Part shown: positions 44,249 to 53,424 of the stretch, piece by piece
How the letters are laid out: every line of letters starts with the position of its first letter
Numbering within the stretch: the stretch's first letter is position 1
Source of the DNA: a virus
Taxonomy: Duplodnaviria > Caudoviricetes
Length of the DNA: 53,813 nucleotides
Strand: one strand, 5' to 3'
Virus record (IMG/VR): IMGVR_UViG_3300020109_000024
Coordinates: 1 to 53,813 of that record
Notes under the pieces: generated by a model
What the model saw: the letters and a program-made list of their open reading frames with translations, nothing else
The model's database searches: none
Told to the model about the DNA's origin: nothing
Made by a program: the position numbers and the translations under genes

Positions 44249-45516
44249 CAGACCATCTCCGGCATGTCTTGGGTTTCGTCCGCGAGCCAAAAGCAATCGT
44301 CGATTGACTTCGCGTAGCGGAGGCGGCTGCCATTGCGGCGGACGCTCTTGGATGCTTCGACCACGGCCGCTTTGATCTCGGCGCCTTCCAGCGTCAGCAG
44401 GGCTGTCTCGCTGATGATCTCCATCCGCAGGGAGTGCGGCATGGCAGATGGCACCGCGGCGTGGATCCGCGAAAACAGTTCGTAGCCGGCACTGCGAGGC
44501 GACGCTGTCACGAGCACCGATCCCGTCGGCAGAGGCTCGGCAGGCTTGATCGCAGGCTTCTGCGTGCGCCATTTCTGCCGAAGACGCTCGCGGCCTTCGG
44601 GCGTCGCCATCATGCGCTGATAGCGTTCGCGATCACGCTCGCGCTCGCGCTCCAGGCGCGCCGCCTTTCTCGTTGGGTCGGCATTGAGCTTCTTTTGCGC
44701 AGCAGCTTCAGCGCAGCGGCTTCGCCCGTTCACCTTCGAGCAATAGAGCTGCGGCTTGCCGCCCCGGAAGCGAGTCGGCTTTCCGCACGTGACGCAATTT
44801 GGCATCTCGACTGGATAGTCGGGCGTAGGCCTCTCCACTTTGCGGCGCTTGGGAATGCCTTTCTCAGCTCTGTGACGAGCCTTGAGCGCTCGATTTTTTT
44901 CTAGGTGCTTCGCCCATCTGACTGGGTTGTTGCGCAGATATTTATAGCTTCTTTGTCTTTTTTTCTTTTTGGAGGTCGGGTCGGTCCTATCCTTCTCACG
45001 CGCTATCCTGTTCGAATGTCGAATGAGACAGAGAGACCGTGGCCCGCCCGGCTGTGGGGGGCAGAACCGAACTGGCTTGCCCTGATAGAAGCGCGTAGGC
45101 TTGCCGCACTCCTCACACTTGGGCGCCTCAGTGGTTTGGCCTGCAGCGAGCCACTCGGCCCGGAACCGCGTCGAGATGGGCAGCTCGCGCCGGACGTCCG
45201 CCTCCAGGCCGACCAAACCGACGACGAATTGCGGGTTCTCGCTGGCAAAACGAGCGGCGGCGCGCTTTGCCAGGGCATGTGCAGCCCGCTCCGTTCCGAA
45301 GGGGCCCGAGCGCTCAACCAGCGGGCCGGCCGCGATGCCGATCAGCGACCGCGAGAAGCCGAACTGCGCGCCGTCGGGGACAACGCGGAAAATCGCCTTC
45401 GGCCGCTGCTGCGGTTGAGCCGTCGCGCTCAGCACGCGCCCGATGGCCCGCTCAATGCGGGTCTCGTCGTCATGCCGGGCGAACGCCGCAGCTCTCCTAG
45501 CCGGAAGGCCGCTCAC
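44248..45516 (-). CDS. Tandem zinc-finger protein, paralog B
   Basis: Two CxxCGKPTR units, each followed by a basic helix; C-terminal domain shared with 37429-38388. Confidence 0.8.
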   Translation of the reverse strand: MSGLPARRAAAFARHDDETRIERAIGRVLSATAQPQQRPKAIFRVVPDGAQFGFSRSLIGIAAGPLVERSGPFGTERAAHALAKRAAARFASENPQFVVGLVGLEADVRRELPISTRFRAEWLAAGQTTEAPKCEECGKPTRFYQGKPVRFCPPQPGGPRSLCLIRHSNRIAREKDRTDPTSKKKKRQRSYKYLRNNPVRWAKHLEKNRALKARHRAEKGIPKRRKVERPTPDYPVEMPNCVTCGKPTRFRGGKPQLYCSKVNGRSRCAEAAAQKKLNADPTRKAARLERERERDRERYQRMMATPEGRERLRQKWRTQKPAIKPAEPLPTGSVLVTASPRSAGYELFSRIHAAVPSAMPHSLRMEIISETALLTLEGAEIKAAVVEASKSVRRNGSRLRYAKSIDDCFWLADETQDMPEMV

Positions 45517-45682
45517 GACCGCGCCGACCCGCGCGGCACATACTGGCTTGCGCGCGACGTGGCGCGCTCAGACAGATGGTAGCCGATCAGCCATGCGCCC
45601 GAGAGGGCCAGGATCGGCAGAAACGGAAGGAGGTTCGCGAACACGGATAGGCTCCACCGCGATGTGGCGATGGCCGAACGCT

Positions 45683-45740
45683 AAAACCTTGGTGTTCGGG
45701 TGTCAATGCCTGGGTGTTGTCGGTTGTCGATTGGGTGTTG
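45683..45740 (-). promoter_or_regulatory. PL/OL promoter-operator
   Basis: Minus strand TTGACACCCGAACACCAAGGTTTT, near-identical to PR; extra GGGTGTT repeats. Confidence 0.8.
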
Positions 45741-45780
45741 TCCACAGATGCCCACAGCCAAGCGGCGTTGACTCTAGCGG

Positions 45781-45795
45781 GAACAAAGAACGAAC
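45781..45795 (+). promoter_or_regulatory. LexA box
   Basis: GAAC-AAAGAAC-GAAC just after a TTGACT -35. Confidence 0.8.
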
Positions 45796-45829
45796 ATCGC
45801 CGGGTGGTGGTGGCTACGGGGGAATCTGC

Positions 45830-46090
45830 GTGGAGGCCGACGGGGCACGAAAGACCTTCTTCATCGTCCAGAGCTTCAGTTCGGACGGGTGCGGTATACG
45901 CATGGATCCGCCTTTAGAGGCTGCGTCCGAGAACTCTGCCAGACGAACTGCGGCCCGACTCGCCGCTCGCAAGCCGTCGGTGATCTGCTTCAAGCGCACG
46001 GGCGATCCATCAACGGGCGACTTCGACGAACCCGAAGTGCTGATCAGCTACGGATCAGTGGTCGGCTCGGATGATGACCTGCCGTTCTAG
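45830..46090 (+). CDS. SOS-controlled 86-aa hypothetical protein ending DDDLPF
   Basis: GGGGGA RBS + GTG; converges on cI. Confidence 0.7.
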   Translation: MEADGARKTFFIVQSFSSDGCGIRMDPPLEAASENSARRTAARLAARKPSVICFKRTGDPSTGDFDEPEVLISYGSVVGSDDDLPF

Positions 46091-46095
46091 ATCAA

Positions 46096-46782
46096 TTATC
46101 GGAAATTCTTCGCGACGATGCGGTGGCGTATAGGCCAAATCTCGCGCGACAACTGAAAATCTTGAGGCGGATTGAACTGCCTCACAAGCCACTCTTGTTC
46201 GTTTTGACCGATGTACCGCTTGACGGTTGCCAGCGTCTCCGCGCCTTCCTCGGCGCCGTAGAACACGCATGTGGTATTTGCAAGAACCGGCAGTCGCGGA
46301 TTAACAAACAGAAGGTCTCCCGGCTCAAACTCGGGGACCATAGACTCGCCGATTAAATAAATAGCATATCCGTCTTTTACGCCCTGAAGAAGTGGCGGTC
46401 TTTTCACACTTCCAATTGCATCTTGTTCGATAATGAGTGCACCGCGCCCGCCCTCGGCGGACGCATACAGGGGAACATCGCCTACTAGTCCTGCTGCACC
46501 TGCCCAATAGGCAGGATCGCGGGCGTATTCCGGCACCGGCGTACTCGCGCCACGGTGCACCAGTGCAGTTGGTATGCGTGAGCGACCGAACGCCTCTTCC
46601 GGCATTGATGCCGGATCGAGACCGAGCGCCGCGCACAGCTTGTCGAGAACTTCGGTCGAGTGGCTGTGTTTGCTCTCGATCTTGCCGATCGTGGCTTGAG
46701 ACACGCCGACGAGCTGACCTAGGGCCTTCTGCCCCAAGCCCTTTGCAATGCGCGCTTCCCGTATGCGGTCCTGCCAGTCCAT
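46096..46782 (-). CDS. cI: CI-like repressor (HTH + S24 autopeptidase)
   Basis: HTH QKALGQLVGVSQATIGKIE; GESMVPEF (Ser) and TVKR (Lys). Confidence 0.92.
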   Translation of the reverse strand: MDWQDRIREARIAKGLGQKALGQLVGVSQATIGKIESKHSHSTEVLDKLCAALGLDPASMPEEAFGRSRIPTALVHRGASTPVPEYARDPAYWAGAAGLVGDVPLYASAEGGRGALIIEQDAIGSVKRPPLLQGVKDGYAIYLIGESMVPEFEPGDLLFVNPRLPVLANTTCVFYGAEEGAETLATVKRYIGQNEQEWLVRQFNPPQDFQLSREIWPIRHRIVAKNFR

Positions 46783-46797
46783 GGACCGAAATCCTTA

Positions 46798-46860
46798 CAC
46801 ACCCGCCCACCGTTGATCCCGGGTGTTCTGGGTGTTGACACCCGAACACCTTGGTGTTCT
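46798..46860 (+). promoter_or_regulatory. PR/OR promoter-operator
   Basis: TTGACA at 46835, palindrome AACACC-TT-GGTGTT, several GGGTGT/ACACCC half-sites between divergent cI and cro. Confidence 0.8.
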
Positions 46861-46871
46861 AAGCATGGGCC

Positions 46872-47111
46872 ATGACCGACGTCCGCGCCCTCATCGAAGC
46901 AGCGATCCGCGACCAAGGGTCCGAGGTTAAGCTGGCTCGTGCCTGCGGCGTGTCGCAGACGGCCATCAACAAGGCCAAGCGCGCCGGGCGTTGCTCTCCG
47001 CGCCTCGCGGTGAAGATCGAGGCGGCCTGCAACATCAGCCGCCGCCTTCTCTGTCCGGAGTTCTTCGGCACCAGCGCGAAGCCTGTTCCCTGCGAGGAGG
47101 CACGCCCGTGA
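46872..47111 (+). CDS. cro: Cro-like repressor (YdaS family)
   Basis: GSEVKLARACGVSQTAINK...LCPEFF; divergent from cI. Confidence 0.85.
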   Translation: MTDVRALIEAAIRDQGSEVKLARACGVSQTAINKAKRAGRCSPRLAVKIEAACNISRRLLCPEFFGTSAKPVPCEEARP

Positions 47112-47119
47112 TGCCCCCA

Positions 47120-47446
47120 TCAGCACCCGAGGCGCATCAGCACCAAGCCAGTCGCTCCGATCAGTTTCGCTGTCTCGCCGCCTCCGACGACGCGCCCGCG
47201 TCCGTCCATGCGGTTCGCCAGCCGCTCCAACGCCGCCGGTCGATCCTCGACCTCCATCGCGGCCATCATGTCCACCATCATTACCGCCAGGGCCTCGCTG
47301 AGCGTCCGCCGTGTCACCGGCGTGTTCTCAGTCGGATCCTGCGCGGTCGTGCTGCTCAGCAGATCCTCAACCCTTCGTCCGACCGCGCTCGCCAAAGCTA
47401 TCCGGACCGAAGGGCTGCTGCTCTGCTCGTTCACCGTGTCTCGCAC
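47120..47446 (-). CDS. Hypothetical protein antisense to the early right operon
   Basis: Protein-like helical ORF filling the gap between cro and the next + gene. Confidence 0.4.
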   Translation of the reverse strand: MRDTVNEQSSSPSVRIALASAVGRRVEDLLSSTTAQDPTENTPVTRRTLSEALAVMMVDMMAAMEVEDRPAALERLANRMDGRGRVVGGGETAKLIGATGLVLMRLGC

Positions 47447-47547
47447 CTCGCTGTCTCCCTGCTCCGTGGACGATTCCCTTCGACCACAAAGGAGCGGGAC
47501 GAATGGTCCTTCCGTGCGGGACAAATCATCCTTCGGAGCGAGCGCCC

Positions 47548-47907
47548 ATGAGCGCCCTGGCCTTTCACACCGACACGCGCGCCATCGCTCGGGCCCTTGA
47601 GGACCGGGAGACCGCACGCGTCGGCAAACTGCCGATTGCTCGGCAGGCGGTGGCCCGGCGCGTCGGCTGCGCTCCGGGCACCCTCGAAACGTTGCGTAAG
47701 GGTCGGTTGAAACGGGTCGAGCGCTGGCTTCACGAGAAGCTGGAGGCGCTGCTGGTCGGTGAGATTGAATCCGAAATCCGGAGGCTGACCCTTGAATTGG
47801 AGACGTATCGCCGAACTCGTGGCGACGCTGATGGCGCTCCGGAAATGGCGCGACTGGTTGAAGCGATCGAGAGCGCGCAGAGACTGATTTCGGGGGAGGT
47901 CGCGTGA
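47548..47907 (+). CDS. HTH protein at the CII position
   Basis: ARQAVARRVGCAPGTLETLRKGRLK; GGAG RBS. Confidence 0.7.
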   Translation: MSALAFHTDTRAIARALEDRETARVGKLPIARQAVARRVGCAPGTLETLRKGRLKRVERWLHEKLEALLVGEIESEIRRLTLELETYRRTRGDADGAPEMARLVEAIESAQRLISGEVA

Positions 47908-48494
47908 GCGTGCGTGCGCGCATCCTCGGGATCGATCCGGGGCTCACCGGCGCCATCGCGCTGCTGACGCCGGACGCCCCTGGCGTCGTCAGCGTGTGGG
48001 ACATGCCGACGGTCCTGAAGACGGTCGATCCGGCCGCGCTCGCGGCGTTGATCCGCGATCAGGACCCGGACGCCATCGTGCTTGAAGAGGTCGGACCGCA
48101 GCCGCGGGACGGCGTCCGGCAGGCATTCAGCTTCGGGCAGTCCTACGCCACGGCGCGGGTCGTCGCCTTGATGCTGGAGATCCCGCTGCACCTCGTGCGG
48201 CCGCAGGCCTGGAAGTCGTTCTACCGCCTTCGCGGCGGCGACGAGGGCAAGGAGCAAGGCCGCGCCCTGGCGCTCCGCCGCTTCCCGGCGAGCCATGCCA
48301 GCTTCGCGCGGAAGAAGGATCACAACCGGGCAGAAGCCTCCTTGCTCGCGCTCTACGGCGCGGAGCGGCTGCTGCTCGCGGGTTCGTCTCACGATCCGAG
48401 CCGGGTCGGGGACGTGGCACAGGCCGGAGGCGTGGCGGCCTCCGGCCACCCGCCTCTCACCAGTTCACCGAGCGCGACCGAGGTGCCGGAATAG
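47904..48494 (+). CDS. RuvC-like Holliday junction resolvase
   Basis: ILGIDPG, VLEEV, PQAWK, AEASLLA. Confidence 0.85.
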   Translation: MSVRARILGIDPGLTGAIALLTPDAPGVVSVWDMPTVLKTVDPAALAALIRDQDPDAIVLEEVGPQPRDGVRQAFSFGQSYATARVVALMLEIPLHLVRPQAWKSFYRLRGGDEGKEQGRALALRRFPASHASFARKKDHNRAEASLLALYGAERLLLAGSSHDPSRVGDVAQAGGVAASGHPPLTSSPSATEVPE

Positions 48495-48575
48495 ACCCCG
48501 GCTCAGTCCGCCAGCCTGATCTCCGCCTCGGTCGCGCCCGGGCATTCAGGAGCAGGCCGGACGAAAGGCATTAGC

Positions 48576-49376
48576 ATGGCAATCAGCCTCAAGAACCTGA
48601 CCCACAAGAAGGCGCCGTCCCCGCCGCGTGTCCTGATCTTCGGACCGCCCGGCATGGGGAAGACGACCGTCGCGGCCGAGGCCCCGAATCCGGTCTTCAT
48701 CCAGACCGAGGACGGCTACCCGAGCGACCTGCCCGACCCGCCGCCGCGGTTCGAGCGTGAGATGCTGGGCGACTTCAACGGCGTGCTCGATGCCGTCAAC
48801 GCGCTCATCGTCGAGGACCATGATCGGCAGACGCTGGTCATCGACAGCCTCGACAAGCTCGAACCGTGGGTGTGGGAGGCGACCTGCCGCGAGAACAACT
48901 GGGCGACGATCGAGCAGCCCGGCTACGGCAAGGGATACCTCGCCGCCGAGGCGCAGTGGCGCGACCTCCTCACCGGCCTGAACGTGCTCCGCCGCGAGCG
49001 CGGCATGGCGATCTGGCTCATCGCGCACTCGACGATCGAGACCGTCAACGACCCGACCACGGTGGCCTATTCGCGGTTCGATATCCGCCTGCAGAAGCGC
49101 GCCACCGCGCTCTTTCAGGACGAGATGGATGCGATCCTGTTCATCAACCAGGACGTCACCATCAAGCAGGACGACCCGAAGGCGAAGACGTCCCGGTCCC
49201 GCGCCGACGGTGGCGGCAACCGCTGGATCTACACCGCCCCGCGGCCGGCCTTCGTCGCCAAGAACCGCTTCGGCATCCCCGACAAGATCCTGTGCGAGCG
49301 CGGCAACACCTACGCGCAGCTCGCGCCGTTCTTCCCCGACCCCGGTCAGCCGCTGGCGGCGGCTGAAGCGGCGTAA
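48576..49376 (+). CDS. AAA_24 / Sak4-like ATPase recombinase
   Basis: GPPGMGKTT, TLVIDSLD, LIAHS, AKNR. Confidence 0.88.
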   Translation: MAISLKNLTHKKAPSPPRVLIFGPPGMGKTTVAAEAPNPVFIQTEDGYPSDLPDPPPRFEREMLGDFNGVLDAVNALIVEDHDRQTLVIDSLDKLEPWVWEATCRENNWATIEQPGYGKGYLAAEAQWRDLLTGLNVLRRERGMAIWLIAHSTIETVNDPTTVAYSRFDIRLQKRATALFQDEMDAILFINQDVTIKQDDPKAKTSRSRADGGGNRWIYTAPRPAFVAKNRFGIPDKILCERGNTYAQLAPFFPDPGQPLAAAEAA

Positions 49377-49406
49377 CCCTCCCCAACCCTGAAGGAGACA
49401 AGGGAC

Positions 49407-49943
49407 ATGGCACAACTCGGCGAAAGCATCGACGTCGACAACATCGTTCCGGAACGCGGCGACTTCGAACCGCTGCCGGCCGGCCCCTACATGGTGCAGG
49501 TCATCGACAGCGACGTGGTCGAGACCAAGGCGCAGGACGGTCTCATCCTGAAGCTGACCTTGGAAGTCATGGACGGCCCGTTCGCGAACCGGAAGGTCTG
49601 GGCCAACCTCAACTTCAAGAACAAGAACCCGACCGCGCAGCGTATCGCGCAGGAGGCGATCAAGCAGATCTGCGACGCGGTCGGCTACAGCGGGCAGCTC
49701 ACCGATAGCGAGGTGCTGCACTACAAGCCGCTGCGCGCGCAGCTCACCATCCGGAAGGACGCCGAGTACGGCGACCGGAACGAGGTCAAGCGCTACTCGC
49801 CCCTGAACGGCAACGCACCGCCCGCGGGCAAGCCGGCGCCGACGGGCGGCGGTGGCGGCGGGCAGTCCGGTGGCGGGCAGGCGCAGCAGTCGAAGCCGTC
49901 TGGCGGCGGCTCGGGCCGCCCGTGGGGCAATCGCGCGGCGTGA
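49407..49943 (+). CDS. DUF669 family ssDNA-binding protein
   Basis: FEPLPAGPY...NRKVW...NEVK; Gly-rich tail; follows Sak4. Confidence 0.82.
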   Translation: MAQLGESIDVDNIVPERGDFEPLPAGPYMVQVIDSDVVETKAQDGLILKLTLEVMDGPFANRKVWANLNFKNKNPTAQRIAQEAIKQICDAVGYSGQLTDSEVLHYKPLRAQLTIRKDAEYGDRNEVKRYSPLNGNAPPAGKPAPTGGGGGGQSGGGQAQQSKPSGGGSGRPWGNRAA

Positions 49944-50029
49944 CGTAGCCGGGGCGGCCGGCCCAAGGGGTCCAATCCAGCGCCGGCCGCCCCTCCCCCC
50001 GTCCTCATTCCTGAAAACGGAGATGCGCG

Positions 50030-50362
50030 ATGGCGAACATCGAGCGCACGGCGGAGCTATGCCCGGATCCGAGCGGCCCGCAACCCTGCACGAACCGTGA
50101 CTGGTTCGACAGCTATACCCGCGCAGCCCATCGCACGACTAGGCTGCCGAAGGGGTGGATCGGCTACCTTTTCCAAGCCGTCGAGGGCCAGGGCGTGATG
50201 GTCACTGGCCGCGTGGTCACGCAAGCTATCACTCGCGGCCCACGCAAGGGCGCCCCGAACTTTCGCACCGCCGACCCGAAAACCGAGCTGAAGGTCTTTG
50301 TCACGTACCGCGCCGTAGAGGCGCAGCGCAAGCGTGAGACCGCGGGAGACGCCCGTGGCTGA
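50030..50362 (+). CDS. Hypothetical protein
   Basis: GGAG RBS. Confidence 0.65.
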   Translation: MANIERTAELCPDPSGPQPCTNRDWFDSYTRAAHRTTRLPKGWIGYLFQAVEGQGVMVTGRVVTQAITRGPRKGAPNFRTADPKTELKVFVTYRAVEAQRKRETAGDARG

Positions 50363-51326
50363 GATCCCGCCCGTCGATTCCCCGACGGTCCTCGCCGTCT
50401 ACGCCGGGCTCGAAGCCGCCCGGCCGGCCGAGGACCGGCCCTATCTCGGCATGTCGGGCTTCAGCTCCGACTGCGACCGCAGCCTCTGGTACGGCTGGCG
50501 CAAGGCGCACGCGCCCGAGCCGCTGGACGGTCGCCGCATCCGCTTGTTCGAGACCGGCCACCTCGAAGAAGACCGACTTGTCGATAACCTCCGCGCGGCC
50601 GGCGTCCTCGTCGAGCCAACCGACCCGGCGACCGGGCGGCAGTTCGCTGTCTGGAACCTCGGCGGGCACCTGCGCGGCCACCTCGACGGGCGCGTGCTGC
50701 GCGTCCCGGAGGCGCCGAAGACGTGGCACGTCTTGGAGTGCAAGACCCACAACGACAAGAGCTTCAAGGAACTGGTCAAGTCCGGTGTCACCGCGTCGAA
50801 GCCGGGGCACTTCCGGCAGATGCAGTTCTACATGCATCACACCGGACTCACCCGCGCCCTGTACGTCGCGGTGAACAAAAACGACGATCAGCTCTATACG
50901 GAACGCCTCCGCTACGACCCGCTTGCGGCTCATCAGCTACTTGTGCGGGCCGAACGGATACTGCGCGCCGACGAGCCACCCGCGAGGCTGCATCAGGACC
51001 CCTCGGCGCCGTCAGCCTATGCCTGCGGCTGGTGTCCGGCGCGCGGCCTTTGTCACGACGGATGGTTCGCGCGGGTCCACTGCCGCACCTGCCTGCACGC
51101 GACCGCCATCGTCGACGAAGGCGATGCCGGGCGCTGGCGCTGCGAGCGCTTCGGCCTCGACCTCACGTTCGAGGAGCAGATGCGGGGCTGCGACTTCCAT
51201 CTGTTCCTGCCGGCGCTCGTGCCTGGCCAGCAGGTCGATGCCGACGAGGCCGCCGGCACCGTCACCTATCAGCTTCACGACGGAGCGACCTGGGTCGATG
51301 CGCCTGCACGCAGGGGGCTCGCATGA
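50355..51326 (+). CDS. Cas4-like PD-(D/E)XK exonuclease
   Basis: CDRSLWY, GHLDG, LECKT, QMQFYM, C..CP....C. Confidence 0.85.
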   Translation: MAEIPPVDSPTVLAVYAGLEAARPAEDRPYLGMSGFSSDCDRSLWYGWRKAHAPEPLDGRRIRLFETGHLEEDRLVDNLRAAGVLVEPTDPATGRQFAVWNLGGHLRGHLDGRVLRVPEAPKTWHVLECKTHNDKSFKELVKSGVTASKPGHFRQMQFYMHHTGLTRALYVAVNKNDDQLYTERLRYDPLAAHQLLVRAERILRADEPPARLHQDPSAPSAYACGWCPARGLCHDGWFARVHCRTCLHATAIVDEGDAGRWRCERFGLDLTFEEQMRGCDFHLFLPALVPGQQVDADEAAGTVTYQLHDGATWVDAPARRGLA

Positions 51327-51469
51327 CCGCCCCGGAAATCCTGATCGCCCTCTACGAGAACGCCCTGCGCGAGATCGTCGAAGCGCTCGGCACCGCCGAG
51401 CCCGACGCCGCGCAGACCGCCCTGGAGATCGCCGCCGACGCTCTTGCCAGCGGGGAAGATGCACCGTGA
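51323..51469 (+). CDS. 48-aa hypothetical protein
   Basis: ATGA/GTGA coupling on both sides. Confidence 0.55.
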   Translation: MTAPEILIALYENALREIVEALGTAEPDAAQTALEIAADALASGEDAP

Positions 51470-53424
51470 TCGAACCGCGCCCCTACCAGATCGCGACCAT
51501 CCAGGCGATCCTCGACTATTGGCGCGACGGCGGCGGCAACCCGCTCGTCGATCTCGCCACCGGCACCGGCAAGTCCGTCTGCATCGCCGGCCTTATCGAC
51601 GAGCTGCTGGCCGAGTACCCGACGCTGCGGGTGGTCGCCCTCGTCCATACCCGCGAGCTGGTCGAGCAGAACGTGAAGGCGTTTCTCCGGGTGCGGCCGG
51701 GAAGCGACGTCGGCATCAACGCGGCCGGCCTGAACCGGCGCGATCGGCATCAGCAGGTGCTCTTCGCTTCGATCCAGTCCGTCTACCGGGAAGACGGCTA
51801 CTCGCTCGGGCTCCGCGACCTCGTCCTGATCGACGAGGCGCACCTTCTGCCGAAGAAGGGCGAGGGCATGTATCGCCAGTTCATCGACAAGCTGCGCGAG
51901 CGCGTGGCGGACCTGCGGGTCGCCGGGTTCACCGCCACGCCGTACCGCCTCGATTCCGGCCGGCTCGATGAGGGGCAGGGCCGCATCTTCGAGCGGATCG
52001 TCTTCACCTACGGCATCGGCGATGCCGTGGCCGACGGCTGGCTCGCCCCGCTCGTCTCCAAGGCGACGACGACCGGCATGGACGTGTCGGGCGTCACCCG
52101 GCGCGGCGGCGAGTTCGTCGAGAGCGACCTGCAGCGCGCCGTCGATCGCGACGACGTGACGGAGGCGGCCTGCGACGAGATCGTCGCGATGGGCGCCGAC
52201 CGGCAGTCCTGGCTGGCCTTCTGCGCGGGCGTGGAGCACGCCTTTCACGTCCGCGACGCCCTGCGCGCCCGCGGCGTTACCTGCGAGACGGTGACCGGCG
52301 AGACGCCGGCCGGCGAGCGGGACCGGCTGATCCGCGACTTCCGGTCCGGCCGCATCCGCTGCCTGACCAACGCCATGGTGCTGACGACCGGCTTCGACGT
52401 GCCGGGGGTCGATCTGATCGCCATGCTCCGGCCGACACTCTCGACGGGGCTCTACATCCAGAAATGCGGGCGTGGGACGCGGCCGGTCTACCCGCCCGGT
52501 TTCGACCCGAACCGGGCGACGGCCGAGGAGCGCGTTGCGGCCATCGCAGCGTCGTCGAAGCCCAACTGCCTGGTGCTCGACTTCGCCGGGAACGTCCGCC
52601 GGCACGGGCCGGTCGATGCCATCTCGATGGGCGGGGACGCGGCGAGCGGGCGGCCGCGGGCTCCGGTCGAGGCGGCGGTGAAACCCGACGAGGTGCGGGC
52701 GAAGGTCTGCCCGAACTGCTCCACGCTCGTGGGCCTCGGCGTGTTCGCTTGCACCGCGCCCGGCTGCGGGTTCGAGTGGGAGCGCCCGAAGCCGGCGCAC
52801 GAGGCCCAGGCCGACGCCGAGGCGGTCATCATGACCGGCCAGCGCTCGGCGGCGCCGCACATCCCCGATCCTTGGCTCGCGGTGACGGGCATCGACTTCG
52901 CCCATCACGAGAAGCGGGGCGATCCGAGCGCGCCGCCGACGCTGCGGGTCGATTATCAGTGCGGCTTCGTCCACCACTCGGAATGGGTCTGCTTCGAGCA
53001 CGACGGCGTCGCCCGGGCCAAGGCGGAGAAGTGGTGGCGCGATATGCGCGGGCGCCAACCGGCGCCGAAGAGCGTCGATGAGGCGCTGAGCCGCTGCCTG
53101 GACCGGGAGACGGCGACGCCGAGCGACATCGTCGTGCGCCGCGACGGCAAGTTCATGCGGGTGGTCAGCCGCCGGTTCTCGCCGGAGGAATTGGCGCGCG
53201 CTGCCGCCTACGTCGTCAAGCCGATCGTCGAGCGTGAGAACGCCGAGTGGTGGCGGGTGCTCGGGATCGATCGGTCTGCCAGCTTCGGCGAGATCAAGGG
53301 CGCCTTCCGCCGTCTCGCGCGCGAGCACCACCCCGATGCCGGCGGCTCGAACGCGGCGATGGCGAACATCAACCGCGCCTACCGGGAAGCCATGGAAGAG
53401 GCCGAGGAAGGAGTGCCGTTCTGA
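51466..53424 (+). CDS. SF2 DEAH helicase (RadD/YejH-like) with Zn ribbon and C-terminal J-domain
   Basis: ATGTGKS, DEAH, TATP, TTGFD, QKCGRGTR, CPNC..C....C; WRVLGI...RRLAREHHPDAGG...INRAY. Confidence 0.92.
   Translation: MIEPRPYQIATIQAILDYWRDGGGNPLVDLATGTGKSVCIAGLIDELLAEYPTLRVVALVHTRELVEQNVKAFLRVRPGSDVGINAAGLNRRDRHQQVLFASIQSVYREDGYSLGLRDLVLIDEAHLLPKKGEGMYRQFIDKLRERVADLRVAGFTATPYRLDSGRLDEGQGRIFERIVFTYGIGDAVADGWLAPLVSKATTTGMDVSGVTRRGGEFVESDLQRAVDRDDVTEAACDEIVAMGADRQSWLAFCAGVEHAFHVRDALRARGVTCETVTGETPAGERDRLIRDFRSGRIRCLTNAMVLTTGFDVPGVDLIAMLRPTLSTGLYIQKCGRGTRPVYPPGFDPNRATAEERVAAIAASSKPNCLVLDFAGNVRRHGPVDAISMGGDAASGRPRAPVEAAVKPDEVRAKVCPNCSTLVGLGVFACTAPGCGFEWERPKPAHEAQADAEAVIMTGQRSAAPHIPDPWLAVTGIDFAHHEKRGDPSAPPTLRVDYQCGFVHHSEWVCFEHDGVARAKAEKWWRDMRGRQPAPKSVDEALSRCLDRETATPSDIVVRRDGKFMRVVSRRFSPEELARAAAYVVKPIVERENAEWWRVLGIDRSASFGEIKGAFRRLAREHHPDAGGSNAAMANINRAYREAMEEAEEGVPF

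Noticed and set aside
38120-44530. Inversion of the att/int segment via the paralog C-termini
   Set aside because: The nucleotide sequences are too diverged (only short identical runs) and no dedicated recombinase is present
50355-51326. CRISPR-Cas (Cas4-like gene)
   Set aside because: No repeat-spacer array or other cas genes; it sits in the usual Sak4-SSB-exonuclease-helicase module
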